This document shows positions 1 to 9,099 of a stretch of DNA of 64,000 nucleotides, in pieces. The stretch is taken from the IMG/VR virus record IMGVR_UViG_3300032242_001844, one strand, 5' to 3'. The notes under the pieces were generated by a model. That model did no database searches. It saw only the letters and a program-made list of their open reading frames with translations, and had not been told where the DNA came from. Position 1 is the first letter of the stretch; every line of letters begins with the position of its first letter. This stretch comes from a virus. The position numbers were made by a program, and so were the translations under genes.

Positions 1-85
1 CAAACCTGATACAAGCTACCTCAAAATTCCTAGCGATGCAATCAAATACACCGCCGCATTCCATCTTAAACACAAACCGCTTCAT
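1..85 (-). CDS. Partial hypothetical protein (MKRFVFKMECGGVFDCIARNF...), runs off window edge
   Basis: ATG at 85 a few nt after the stop of the 90..284 ORF; frame open to window start. Confidence 0.5.
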   Translation of the reverse strand, partial: MKRFVFKMECGGVFDCIARNFEVACIRF

Positions 86-89
86 TTTA

Positions 90-284
90 TTAAACCTTTA
101 CTTTTGAGAAAAAACTACCAAGAACGAGCGATGCAAGCCAAGTTTGAAAATTCATAGGAATATTCAAAGCAGGAAACATTGTATCTAACGCCCAAATCGT
201 AATGAGTGGACCAGCGATAACAAGAATTACGACAAACACAATCCATCCAACTACGCCAACAGTTTCTTTAATAAGATTAGCCAT
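90..284 (-). CDS. Small membrane protein, two hydrophobic segments
   Basis: 64 aa; GGAG RBS upstream; part of a leftward small-gene array. Confidence 0.7.
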   Translation of the reverse strand: MANLIKETVGVVGWIVFVVILVIAGPLITIWALDTMFPALNIPMNFQTWLASLVLGSFFSKVKV

Positions 285-286
285 TA

Positions 287-505
287 TTATACTCCCTTTA
301 CCATCATTGCATCATCATACCGTTCAAGGGCATGACCAAGTTCTTCATACATGGCACGATCAAGATTATCTGCGTGGTCACGCAAGTCACGCTCCAACCC
401 CTCAATGTCAAGCATCAAGGTATATTCACTGCCCTTGCGATTAACATGGTTTTTGAGAATATCGGAAATACGATCTGCGAGAGAAACTGCTTCATTGACA
501 TTCAT
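287..505 (-). CDS. Hypothetical early protein
   Basis: GGAGA RBS and own sigma70-type promoter at 532..559. Confidence 0.75.
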   Translation of the reverse strand: MNVNEAVSLADRISDILKNHVNRKGSEYTLMLDIEGLERDLRDHADNLDRAMYEELGHALERYDDAMMVKGV

Positions 506-531
506 AGGAAATCTCCATTGCTTATGTTCTT

Positions 532-559
532 ACAATAGCATGTATTTTTAGATTGTCAA
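532..559 (-). promoter_or_regulatory. Early sigma70-type promoter TTGACA-N16-TATTGT, extended -10
   Basis: Read directly; architecture recurs about 9 times. Confidence 0.7.
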
Positions 560-897
560 GCGATAATTTTGCTTTTTTTACCACTGTAATCGCTATAAAG
601 TTTAACACCACGCTTACGAATAATATCCACGATTCCTTGTGGGTCATCATCAAAGCACTGACGCAGATCGTCTTCGCCTAAATCTTCACTACAATCCATC
701 GCATAAATTTCATATACTCGCTGTGAATTAAACCGTGCTCGTAGTGCCATATAAGTTAATATATGATCTACTTTGCTAGGCACGATTGCGCCATGCATAA
801 CAGCATCAATCAACTGTTGATCTTCGTACTGTGTAATGGGGACTAGGCTGTCAAGTCCCTCGTTACACCACATAAAAATGTAAGCATTTGTAGTCAT
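556..897 (-). CDS. Hypothetical phage protein
   Basis: 113 aa ORF in leftward array. Confidence 0.7.
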   Translation of the reverse strand: MTTNAYIFMWCNEGLDSLVPITQYEDQQLIDAVMHGAIVPSKVDHILTYMALRARFNSQRVYEIYAMDCSEDLGEDDLRQCFDDDPQGIVDIIRKRGVKLYSDYSGKKSKIIA

Positions 898-900
898 TGG

Positions 901-1308
901 TTATCCAATCAGTTGATAAGGGCTGTTCCACTTGCCGATATTGACATCAACATACCATCCAATATCATAGTAATCCGATTGGACATCGCTACGGTCATGA
1001 TTGCCATCATTCATGGCAGTCAAGATTTCCGACAAAAACTTCTTGGCAACACCGCTGAAATGGTCTTGATACCAATAAGGGTTAATGTCAATATGATTGG
1101 TTGCTGGCGAACCAAGACGGAAACCGCCAGGTTGATTACCAACCGTGTCATTGTAGTTGGCGATGAAATCAATAGTACCGCTCTTGACATTCAGGACAAG
1201 GGTCATATGATTTGAGACCGCTAATGAGCCTTTTATGCCGTATTTGACGAGGATTTTCTTAACCGTAGGGGCAATCTTGGACTTCTTTTCCTGTGACATA
1301 TAAGCCAT
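901..1308 (-). CDS. Conserved phage protein, possibly LPD29-like
   Basis: DRSDVQSDYYDIGWY motif; RBS; own promoter. Confidence 0.6.
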   Translation of the reverse strand: MAYMSQEKKSKIAPTVKKILVKYGIKGSLAVSNHMTLVLNVKSGTIDFIANYNDTVGNQPGGFRLGSPATNHIDINPYWYQDHFSGVAKKFLSEILTAMNDGNHDRSDVQSDYYDIGWYVDVNIGKWNSPYQLIG

Positions 1309-1337
1309 TACCGTTCTCCATCAGTTGACTATAATTT

Positions 1338-1365
1338 AATATAACACAGGTTTAGAGACTGTCAA
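1338..1365 (-). promoter_or_regulatory. Early promoter TTGACA-N16-TATATT, extended -10
   Basis: Direct sequence. Confidence 0.75.
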
Positions 1366-1373
1366 GCATTTTT

Positions 1374-1568
1374 TTAATCTTTTATTTCGGGAATTAAACT
1401 TTTTTTACGGGGTCTGCCCCACTGGGATTTTTGGTCGGCTGGTTCTGTGCGCTGACCAGTAGGAATTTTGGTAATGGTACCACCACGGGCAATAAATTCT
1501 GACACGGCATCCGCCGCTTGTTGATCTATAGTACGACCATTTTCGTCCGTGCGTTGGTTGCTTGCCAT
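1374..1568 (-). CDS. Small protein with SutA-like motif
   Basis: AVSEFIARGGTITKIPTG resembles the SutA RNAP-binding core. Confidence 0.5.
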   Translation of the reverse strand: MASNQRTDENGRTIDQQAADAVSEFIARGGTITKIPTGQRTEPADQKSQWGRPRKKSLIPEIKD

Positions 1569-1597
1569 TATTTTTCCTGTCTTGTTGGTAGTTTATT

Positions 1598-1625
1598 ACT
1601 ATAACATATGTATATTTAATGTCAA
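1598..1625 (-). promoter_or_regulatory. Early promoter TTGACA-N16-TATAGT
   Basis: Direct sequence. Confidence 0.7.
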
Positions 1626-1626
1626 T

Positions 1627-2517
1627 TTATTTCTTGGCAATGTCATATTGTTGAAGATTTCGTCCTTTTATAATGCTAGCTAATTGAACTGGATATGCGC
1701 CCTTAGTATCGGCATATTTTTTCAATCCTCCGACCAACGCTAACCCAGTGATTGGTTTGCCTTTTTGACGCATCTGTGCACGATTGTTACGAAAATCTTC
1801 ATATGCATCGTGAGTATTAAGGTTATGCATATACTCGCTTATGCTATCTTCTGGTCTATCAAATGCACGATATCGTTCACCTTGTGGTCCTTCTACACCG
1901 CCAGTTTTAGCCCATGATTTTTGACCAAAAAACACATTGCCTTTCTGTGTTTTTTCATCTTGTCCCCATTGACTTTCTATAGCTGCTTGTGCTATTGCAA
2001 GACTTGTGGGAATTATATCAACTTTCTTTAAAAGATCAGGTATGTTATCTTCGTCATATTTGTCAGCCAACCCGTTTAACCATGCATTTTCTTCTTTATT
2101 AAGTTTCTTGCCGCTGCGAATAATTTTTACAAAATGAATTAAACGATTTCTTTCTGCTGTTATTTTTGCATTTTCACTTGTGATTAGCGGTGCCACTGTC
2201 TTTATAAATGTATGGACTCTTTGATCTACAGTCATTTTATCAATGTCAGTTAACCCTTTTGGAAAATTAGGATTAACTCGTTTCTCTGCTTTTTCAGGTT
2301 CGGTTTGCGGTGCAGTAGTTGCTTTGGTGTCGGTTTGTGTATCTTGTTGCTTTTGTGCAACACTTGTAGTTGGTTCGGGTAATTTTGGTGCATTTAGTGC
2401 AGAATACCCGCCTAAACCTAGTCCACCAGCAACTGCACCTGCTGCCGCAAGGCGTTTTAGTCTATCTGCAATCGGTCCTTCAACTAAATCTTCATCATAT
2501 AATTCATTTAAGCGCAT
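1627..2517 (-). CDS. Bax-like GH73 glucosaminidase (peptidoglycan hydrolase) with N-terminal tag and hydrophobic segment
   Basis: DIIPTSLAIAQAAIESQWG, NVFFG, YMHNLNTHDAYEDFR motifs; TAAATA 4 nt before ATG. Confidence 0.85.
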   Translation of the reverse strand: MRLNELYDEDLVEGPIADRLKRLAAAGAVAGGLGLGGYSALNAPKLPEPTTSVAQKQQDTQTDTKATTAPQTEPEKAEKRVNPNFPKGLTDIDKMTVDQRVHTFIKTVAPLITSENAKITAERNRLIHFVKIIRSGKKLNKEENAWLNGLADKYDEDNIPDLLKKVDIIPTSLAIAQAAIESQWGQDEKTQKGNVFFGQKSWAKTGGVEGPQGERYRAFDRPEDSISEYMHNLNTHDAYEDFRNNRAQMRQKGKPITGLALVGGLKKYADTKGAYPVQLASIIKGRNLQQYDIAKK

Positions 2518-2752
2518 AAAATATTTATTGATTTTTTAGCTATTTTATAATATAGTCAGTTTTGTAAGCTAAATATCTATGCTTCCAAATCAAGTGGGTA
2601 TTGGAGCATGGCGACGATACTGTCAAATTAAACCTGTGGAGTAAAAACCAAGCGTTGCCTCAACAAATATTTTTAGAAATATTGGTTGAAAAAATTAGAC
2701 AAAACTCGTTGTCTATGATATAACCATTCTTATTGAAAAAGGAAAATACAAA

Positions 2753-3391
2753 ATGAAGACTTTTATTACGACTACTATGGCACTATTAGCACTTACTGTT
2801 GCAGCAAGCGCAACTGATCTACCAAGCAAGAAGAGTGTTCCTACTCCTCCTGTAGCGGCTGCTGCTCCTGTTGCTGCAAGTGCTGACAGCTTGTCAGTCA
2901 GCTATGGTCAAGACCTTGGCAACAACTTTGGTGCAAAGGTTGACGATGCATACGGCGTAACCTACAAGCACAGTCTTGGCGGTGGTTTCTCTGTAGGCGG
3001 TGTTGCAAGCACTACTCAAGTTGCTAACACACTTCTCAAGCAGAACCTTGAAGTTCAGGCTGGCTATGCACTTCCTGCATTTTCTGGCGTAACTGTCAGT
3101 GGTAAGGTTGGTGTTGGTGAGCGTTTCACTACTACCAACTTCCCATACTATGCACTTTATGGTGCAGCAGACTATAAGCTAATGGACGGTCTAACCCTTA
3201 ATGCTATTAGCTATCGTTATCGTAATGCATTTGACACTACAAATTCTTACGAAAGCCATCGTCTTGGAACTGGTGTAACTTATGACATCACTTCAAACTA
3301 TTCAGTTGGTGTAAGTGTAACTCGTAGTTATGATAGCACTTGGAATGCAACTGGTGACGCTGTAACTGGTGCTCTTACAGTTAAGTTCTAA
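2753..3391 (+). CDS. Outer-membrane beta-barrel protein (Omp25/RopB-like style)
   Basis: Signal peptide, ATDLPSKK mature N-terminus, amphipathic strands, C-terminal Phe. Confidence 0.8.
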   Translation: MKTFITTTMALLALTVAASATDLPSKKSVPTPPVAAAAPVAASADSLSVSYGQDLGNNFGAKVDDAYGVTYKHSLGGGFSVGGVASTTQVANTLLKQNLEVQAGYALPAFSGVTVSGKVGVGERFTTTNFPYYALYGAADYKLMDGLTLNAISYRYRNAFDTTNSYESHRLGTGVTYDITSNYSVGVSVTRSYDSTWNATGDAVTGALTVKF

Positions 3392-3413
3392 TCTTTAGAA
3401 CATATATAAGATT

Positions 3414-3440
3414 AAGGCGGGAATTTTTCCCGCCTTTTTT
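3414..3440 (+). terminator. Intrinsic terminator between convergent genes
   Basis: aaggcgggaa-ttt-ttcccgcctt then T-run. Confidence 0.85.
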
Positions 3441-4968
3441 ATTGTGGCGGTAATGCCATAAGTTTTTTTATATAATTTGTATCATACTCTTTAATCATTT
3501 TAAAAATATCATAGTCGTTCCAGATATCACCTGATGTTTTTGTTAACAGTGCTTCTTCTGGTATGCCTAAGTTGATATACTGTGAATATCCAAAACTGCC
3601 CATTCTTTGATTTTTTCTTTTTTGATTTTTATCACTTTCTTTCATAGAGTTATGTAAAGTTTCTATTTTCCTACACCATTTTTCATCTAAATCTTTGTCT
3701 TTCATCGACCAATATACTTTCCCATTCTGATCAACTTTAAATTCATAACCCCGCTGGTCAAATGTTATATCAAAATCGCTAAGATAAAATGCTCTAGATT
3801 TAAACTCTTTTGGACTTAATCTCAAATGATGTAATGCATTTTCATTAAACGGATTTTCATCGCTGTATATCCATTTGATAAATTTTAAAATACTTTGTTT
3901 TGTTTCGCTTGGAAATCCTATTATCCATCCGCTATGTGTAAGTATATCTTTCCACTTGTCTTCTTTTAAATTGTGCATAAAATCAACTAACAGTTGTGGA
4001 TTTGTTCCCTTGCCAATAAGCTTTGCTGCAACTGGATCAAGTGTTTCTACGCCACATACTGCAGATTTTAGTCCACTTTCACGCAATATGTCCACAGTTT
4101 CTGGAAAACGGTGTACTAAGTCTAGCCTGATATATGAAGTAAAAGTAATCTTAAACGGCAATCTGCTAAAAATTTTATTATGTAAATCTGTTATTTTTTG
4201 TACGCTATCGTTATAAGTATCATCACTGAACATATAATGTGTTACGCCAAATTTTTCATAATTATAAACAAATTCATCGTATAAAATACTATAATCTTTT
4301 ATAAAATCGCCTTTATTTTTTCCATTTAGTGGAAAACTACAAAATTTACATTTAAAAATACATCCTCGTGTTATCTCAATTGGTAACGCTTTTTCTCCAT
4401 TGAATACATCGCGTTCGGTATAATGTAATCTTGAGTTGCAAAAATTTTTAAATTCATAATTTTTAATAATGCTTGGTGGTTCAAAATTTTTATCTTGGGC
4501 AAGGCTATTTGTAAAGTCAACTATTTCTTTGTCTACATGTCCTTGAAAATGAGTAAATCCAAAATCAGAAAAGTCAAATAATCTAACGCCGCCAGTAATA
4601 AATTTTATGTTAGGATTTAATGTGCGACAAAAATTTATAAAATTTTTTATATTTTTATCATAATCTGGATTTTGTTTTTTATATACAAGATGTTCTATTT
4701 CCGTTTCAAAATAAGGATACCCCCATATTTCCCAAAAAAAATTTAAACTAAACCCAATCCATAAAGTTTCTTTGTCAATGAATTTTTTTAATATCTGTTT
4801 AACCATGCCATTGAAATCTTGCAGATGACTGATATCAATAACTTGAACGGTGTACCCTGCTTCGCGCAATTCAGTTGCTATACGATATGGGCCAGCGGTT
4901 TTAAATACTGGTACCAAAGTTTCTTTGCTATGCACTAATCCACTTAAAATTACACAGTTTGTAGACAT
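3439..4968 (-). CDS. B12-binding-domain radical SAM enzyme
   Basis: EITRGCIFKCKFC (CxxxCxxC), FSDDTYN, GVET, IIGFPSET; N-terminal GPYRIATELREAGYTVQVID. Confidence 0.85.
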   Translation of the reverse strand: MSTNCVILSGLVHSKETLVPVFKTAGPYRIATELREAGYTVQVIDISHLQDFNGMVKQILKKFIDKETLWIGFSLNFFWEIWGYPYFETEIEHLVYKKQNPDYDKNIKNFINFCRTLNPNIKFITGGVRLFDFSDFGFTHFQGHVDKEIVDFTNSLAQDKNFEPPSIIKNYEFKNFCNSRLHYTERDVFNGEKALPIEITRGCIFKCKFCSFPLNGKNKGDFIKDYSILYDEFVYNYEKFGVTHYMFSDDTYNDSVQKITDLHNKIFSRLPFKITFTSYIRLDLVHRFPETVDILRESGLKSAVCGVETLDPVAAKLIGKGTNPQLLVDFMHNLKEDKWKDILTHSGWIIGFPSETKQSILKFIKWIYSDENPFNENALHHLRLSPKEFKSRAFYLSDFDITFDQRGYEFKVDQNGKVYWSMKDKDLDEKWCRKIETLHNSMKESDKNQKRKNQRMGSFGYSQYINLGIPEEALLTKTSGDIWNDYDIFKMIKEYDTNYIKKLMALPPQ

Positions 4969-4976
4969 ACTAATAC

Positions 4977-5474
4977 TTATTGATTATAAAACTTGTTCCA
5001 TGCTTTTTCAAAGTGTTCACTAGAGTATACTAATAATTCTTGTTTCATGATATTAGAAAAATGTGAGTTATCAGTTTTTATATCTATGACCTTGGCATTT
5101 CCAAACTCAACAGGGATTTTATTATAATAGTTGTCTAATTCAGAAATAAAATTTAAAGCAGTTTGGTATTTTTCATCATCACTGGTAAAATTTTGAGAAA
5201 CTTTAATAAGATATTTCCTGCACCAACTTGCCTTACGGTCAGCAATAATAAATGTAATATCCTGATCGTTTGGAAATTTTTGTCTAACCAAATTATAATT
5301 TAAACAATGCGTTAAAACTATTGGATACTGTTGATATGTTTTTTCAGGAACTAGATATTCTAATTCCTTATCTTTGTCATGATAGTAAGTTACGCCAAGT
5401 TTAGTATAATCTTTCTGTTCAACAAAATTACGGTAGCGGTGACCGCCGCTACCTGTGTAATATGCTATAATCAT
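4977..5474 (-). CDS. Hypothetical, possibly sulfotransferase/P-loop-like
   Basis: IIAYYTGSGGH N-terminus; AT-rich. Confidence 0.45.
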   Translation of the reverse strand: MIIAYYTGSGGHRYRNFVEQKDYTKLGVTYYHDKDKELEYLVPEKTYQQYPIVLTHCLNYNLVRQKFPNDQDITFIIADRKASWCRKYLIKVSQNFTSDDEKYQTALNFISELDNYYNKIPVEFGNAKVIDIKTDNSHFSNIMKQELLVYSSEHFEKAWNKFYNQ

Positions 5475-5752
5475 TAGAGTATTGAACCATCATGGTATAA
5501 ACGGTTAAACTCACGAATAGCATAATAATTAATACGCTTGCCAGTTTTGGTAGGAATTTTGCCGTCTGTGGCAATACCATATTGGCGACCACGCTCATAG
5601 CACCACTGCGCTGTGCCATGTGATGCAGTTTCCCACTTGTCATAATCAGGATCAAATGGACGACCAGCAAGTGCGTCTTGTACACCCTTGGTAAAAAAAC
5701 GATTGTGGATGATGGTGGAAATTTTGGTCTTGCGAGTGCTTACTTGCGCCAT
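5474..5752 (-). CDS. Hypothetical early protein
   Basis: GGAGA RBS; own promoter. Confidence 0.75.
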   Translation of the reverse strand: MAQVSTRKTKISTIIHNRFFTKGVQDALAGRPFDPDYDKWETASHGTAQWCYERGRQYGIATDGKIPTKTGKRINYYAIREFNRLYHDGSIL

Positions 5753-5778
5753 TTGATTTCTCCATTGCTTATATTACT

Positions 5779-5806
5779 AATATAACATGGATTTTATATC
5801 TGTCAA
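5779..5806 (-). promoter_or_regulatory. Early promoter TTGACA-N16-TATATT
   Basis: Direct sequence; leader ATAAGCAATGGAGA shared with the gene at 287..505. Confidence 0.75.
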
Positions 5807-5816
5807 GGGTTATTTT

Positions 5817-6194
5817 TTAATAAAGACACAATTTTGTGCCATCACTTATATCCCAAGATCGCGTAGATGGCTTGCCTAATTTGTTATAGTTTTCACGACA
5901 TGCGCCGCTGCCTAGTTTTTGTCCACCGCTCCATAGGATATCTTCTAGTGTATAATCACGAATCCATGTGCGAGTATTGCTATAATATGTATAAACTAAT
6001 CTTCGCTTCTCTGCCTTGGTGCCATAAAAACGATAATACCAATCACGGTTGCCTATAAAAATATCAGTGTTGCCAAGGTTACTTTCTACTTTACATGAAT
6101 CATAATGTAAAACTTCGCCTACCCAATCGCAATCTTGTGCGTAGGCAATAGCAGTAGTTAATAAAATAACGAGTATTCCCAATACATAACGCAC
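5817..6194 (-). CDS. Secreted/periplasmic hypothetical protein
   Basis: Signal peptide ending AIAYA; 4 Cys. Confidence 0.65.
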   Translation of the reverse strand: MRYVLGILVILLTTAIAYAQDCDWVGEVLHYDSCKVESNLGNTDIFIGNRDWYYRFYGTKAEKRRLVYTYYSNTRTWIRDYTLEDILWSGGQKLGSGACRENYNKLGKPSTRSWDISDGTKLCLY

Positions 6195-6205
6195 CCATTA
6201 TTTAA

Positions 6206-6487
6206 TTAATTTCTGTTTTTTTTCATTAGACGAGTTATTTTTGCGTTGACATCTTCAGCAGATTTAGGAAAATTTTCTAAAGCAAGTGTCATTTTCTTGA
6301 CATCTTCTGCCGCTGGCTTGGGCAGTGTTATGAGCGGTTTAGCGGGTACATCGTTCTCATAATCATAGCCATCTTGGTCCCGTTGTTCGGCGGTAGCAAT
6401 CCAATGATCTAGTTCCCACATTGCTTCCGCAAGGTTCCATACCAACATGAACCCAAGCAGGGATAAAAGAAAGATTAACATCCACAT
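6206..6487 (-). CDS. Membrane-anchored hypothetical protein
   Basis: N-terminal TM helix; promoter upstream. Confidence 0.65.
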   Translation of the reverse strand: MWMLIFLLSLLGFMLVWNLAEAMWELDHWIATAEQRDQDGYDYENDVPAKPLITLPKPAAEDVKKMTLALENFPKSAEDVNAKITRLMKKNRN

Positions 6488-6493
6488 TCTTAT

Positions 6494-6584
6494 ATTTTAC
6501 CATAATTAGGCTATTTGTCAAGGGTTTTTTTAAACCAATATAATTAAAAATAATGCTTGACAAATCTCTAGGACATGGTATTTT
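6494..6584. promoter_or_regulatory. Divergent early promoter pair (6494..6521 minus; 6557..6584 plus)
   Basis: TTGACA-N16-TAAAAT and TTGACA-N16-TATTTT, both with extended -10 TG. Confidence 0.7.
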
Positions 6585-6648
6585 AAGTCATGGGGCAATG
6601 TATGCCCCCTTTTGGGCAAGGTCTGCCCGCGACAACGAGGAGTTTACT

Positions 6649-7221
6649 ATGGAATATCGCAGTTATTATTTCGGATACGGAATGAACACCCACCCTGATC
6701 AAATGGCAAAGCGTTGCCCTGATGCTACCCTAGTAGGTGTTGCGTATCTGAACGACTATCGTCTTGTGTTTCGTAACCATGCCGATGTTGAGATTGATAC
6801 AGGCAGCATTGTCTGCGGCGTGTTATGGGAAGTCAGTGATAGCGATATGATTGCGCTTGACCGTCTTGAAGGTTTCCCAACTTATTACTTGCGTCAGCGT
6901 GTGTTGGTTCAAACTGAGACTGAAGCATATATTGCTTGGGTTTATAGCATGGCCGACCAAGACTATGAAATGACACCTAGCACATCGTACTATGATCTGT
7001 GCACCGAAGGCTACAAGCATCATGGTGTACCTACTGCACAGTTGGTAGAAGCTATGGAAGCAGCGCCTACGCAGAAATATGTTGACACAACCTATGATTA
7101 CAGGTATGACTACTTTAATGATCAATCATGGGAACGGTTTGATAATGGTCATATCGATGACAGGTATGATCGCTATGTGTCGCAACACTATGGTTTTTAT
7201 GACCGCAATTTGGAGAAGTAA
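6649..7221 (+). CDS. Gamma-glutamylcyclotransferase (AIG2-like) with Tyr/Asp-rich tail
   Basis: YFGYGMN, VCGVLWEV, LDRLEGFP motifs; start reassigned to ATG 6649 after GAGGAG. Confidence 0.85.
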   Translation: MEYRSYYFGYGMNTHPDQMAKRCPDATLVGVAYLNDYRLVFRNHADVEIDTGSIVCGVLWEVSDSDMIALDRLEGFPTYYLRQRVLVQTETEAYIAWVYSMADQDYEMTPSTSYYDLCTEGYKHHGVPTAQLVEAMEAAPTQKYVDTTYDYRYDYFNDQSWERFDNGHIDDRYDRYVSQHYGFYDRNLEK

Positions 7222-7223
7222 GA

Positions 7224-8396
7224 ATGGCTAAGTCCGCACTCATGTTAAAGACAAAACCCAAGAAGACGGTTGTTCGTCAACCAAAGTTTATGGACGAAAA
7301 GTTTACTGGTCCTGAACCAGTGTGGATTAACGCCAGTAAGTGGACCCCTGCCCAATTGCGGCAGGAGATCACTCACGCATTGTACTTCTACAATTATTAT
7401 ATGAGTGCGGCTGATATGCGCAAGTATGTTGTAGACTTTGGTCAGCAACATCTTAATTGGGGCAAAGCAGAAATTGCTGCATTTGCTGAATGTGAAGATA
7501 GCCGTGTTGGTATCACTATTGGTAGTGTATCCAAGATGATCTTGCATGGTTGTCCAATGGCAATTGATGCTGAGTTCATCACTAACAAAATTTCTGAATT
7601 GTTGGCATATGGCAATGCTCGTCTTGCTGAAAAGAAGCAAGTAGTTGTTACTTCCGTTGTTAAACGCAATGTTCAAGATCACATGCGTGATAAGTTGGCC
7701 GATACTATTGGTGACTTAGAAGTTATGTTTGACGCAATGATGGAAGGTGCTGCTGATGTGCCTGACTTTATGGCTTACTTTCGTGAAGGAAATATGCCAC
7801 AGGCGTTTGTTGCTCGTATTCGTGAAAAGTATGCAGAGCAATATGCTGAGTTACTTGAAGGACAAGATAAGAAAGGCGATGCTTCATTGCGCGAAGCCTA
7901 CGCTTGGATGACCAAGCCAGTGTTCAAGCGTTATGATGCTTGGTATAAGGCTCTGTTTGATGCACTCACGACCTATGGCGTAGTCAAGGCTGCTGTTCGT
8001 AAGGTGCGCAAGGCTCGTCCACCAAGCAAGGAAAAGGTGGTCAAGAATGTCAAGTACATGAACGAGTTCAAGGAACTCAATCTTGTATCTGTCAATCCAA
8101 CCGATATCATTGGTGCTAGCGAATTGTGGGTATATAACACCAAGACACGCAAGATTGGCAAGTATGTGGCTGCTGTGAGCAGTGGTGTGTTGGGCATCAA
8201 AGGCAGCACTATTCTTGGCTTTGATGAAAAGTTGAGCGTGGCAAAGACACTGCGCAAGCCACAAGAACAGATGAAGGCATTTATGGGTGCGGGTAAAATC
8301 CAACTCCGTAAGTTCATGGATGGTATTCGTGCTACAGAAATTGCCTTGACAGGTCGGCTAAACGGTGATACAGTAATTCTTAAATCAATCAAGTAA
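7224..8396 (+). CDS. Conserved large-phage hypothetical protein
   Basis: 390 aa; IIGASELWVYNTKTRK, KTLRKP motifs. Confidence 0.75.
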   Translation: MAKSALMLKTKPKKTVVRQPKFMDEKFTGPEPVWINASKWTPAQLRQEITHALYFYNYYMSAADMRKYVVDFGQQHLNWGKAEIAAFAECEDSRVGITIGSVSKMILHGCPMAIDAEFITNKISELLAYGNARLAEKKQVVVTSVVKRNVQDHMRDKLADTIGDLEVMFDAMMEGAADVPDFMAYFREGNMPQAFVARIREKYAEQYAELLEGQDKKGDASLREAYAWMTKPVFKRYDAWYKALFDALTTYGVVKAAVRKVRKARPPSKEKVVKNVKYMNEFKELNLVSVNPTDIIGASELWVYNTKTRKIGKYVAAVSSGVLGIKGSTILGFDEKLSVAKTLRKPQEQMKAFMGAGKIQLRKFMDGIRATEIALTGRLNGDTVILKSIK

Positions 8397-8404
8397 GGTG
8401 ATTT

Positions 8405-8686
8405 ATGAAATACAACGGCGGATATCTGCATAAGCATGTGCGTTGGGTAAAATTGGATAAGCGTAATAGATTATATTCACGATATAGTCATCGCATATCT
8501 GCTCGTGATATGGGACAGATTCATAAATTACACGGATACTTTACCAGCAATTATGATTCATATACTTCAAGTTGGTGGGGTGATAATGCGCCACAGATTT
8601 ATAGGCAGTGTGAAACAATGTTTCATCATAATTTTTACTTGAATGAAGAAGACTTGGTGAAACTTATCATAGGATATGTAGAATGA
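8405..8686 (+). CDS. Hypothetical protein
   Basis: AAGGTG RBS; overlaps next start. Confidence 0.6.
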   Translation: MKYNGGYLHKHVRWVKLDKRNRLYSRYSHRISARDMGQIHKLHGYFTSNYDSYTSSWWGDNAPQIYRQCETMFHHNFYLNEEDLVKLIIGYVE

Positions 8687-9099
8687 CAAATTACAATCAC
8701 TTTCGTATTATCAACGATATGACAGGTCTTGCTAATAAAATTGGCTTTGAAATTAGACCAAATCGTGGTGCGTTCAGTTCTTATGCATATGAACAGAATA
8801 ACGGTACGGATTTTGCACTTGCTGTCCCAGCAGATGATGGCACTGCATTGCCAATCTATGCTCGTGGTGTAGAGATATACAGCGGCAGCGCAGAAGATTG
8901 CATCCACTTTATGCATGGTTGGATGAAGCATCGTGAGTATATGAATGTTCTTGGCTTCAAGGATAAGACCGTTGCTGACCGTGAAGAAAAATTGGTAAGC
9001 AAGCGTAAGATGGATCGCATGACAAAGGCTATTGTAGATGGAAAAGATCCAGGCGCAGACCACTGGCACGATGAAGTTGAACAGGATGTCCCCTTCTAA
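8683..9099 (+). CDS. Hypothetical protein
   Basis: ATGA coupling; acidic C-terminal tail ending DVPF. Confidence 0.7.
   Translation: MTNYNHFRIINDMTGLANKIGFEIRPNRGAFSSYAYEQNNGTDFALAVPADDGTALPIYARGVEIYSGSAEDCIHFMHGWMKHREYMNVLGFKDKTVADREEKLVSKRKMDRMTKAIVDGKDPGADHWHDEVEQDVPF

Noticed and set aside
6553-6648. ORF-track N-terminal extensions (also 19596, 30273, 32150, 60976, 62705)
   Set aside because: They overlap promoters or upstream genes; downstream starts have better RBS or coupling
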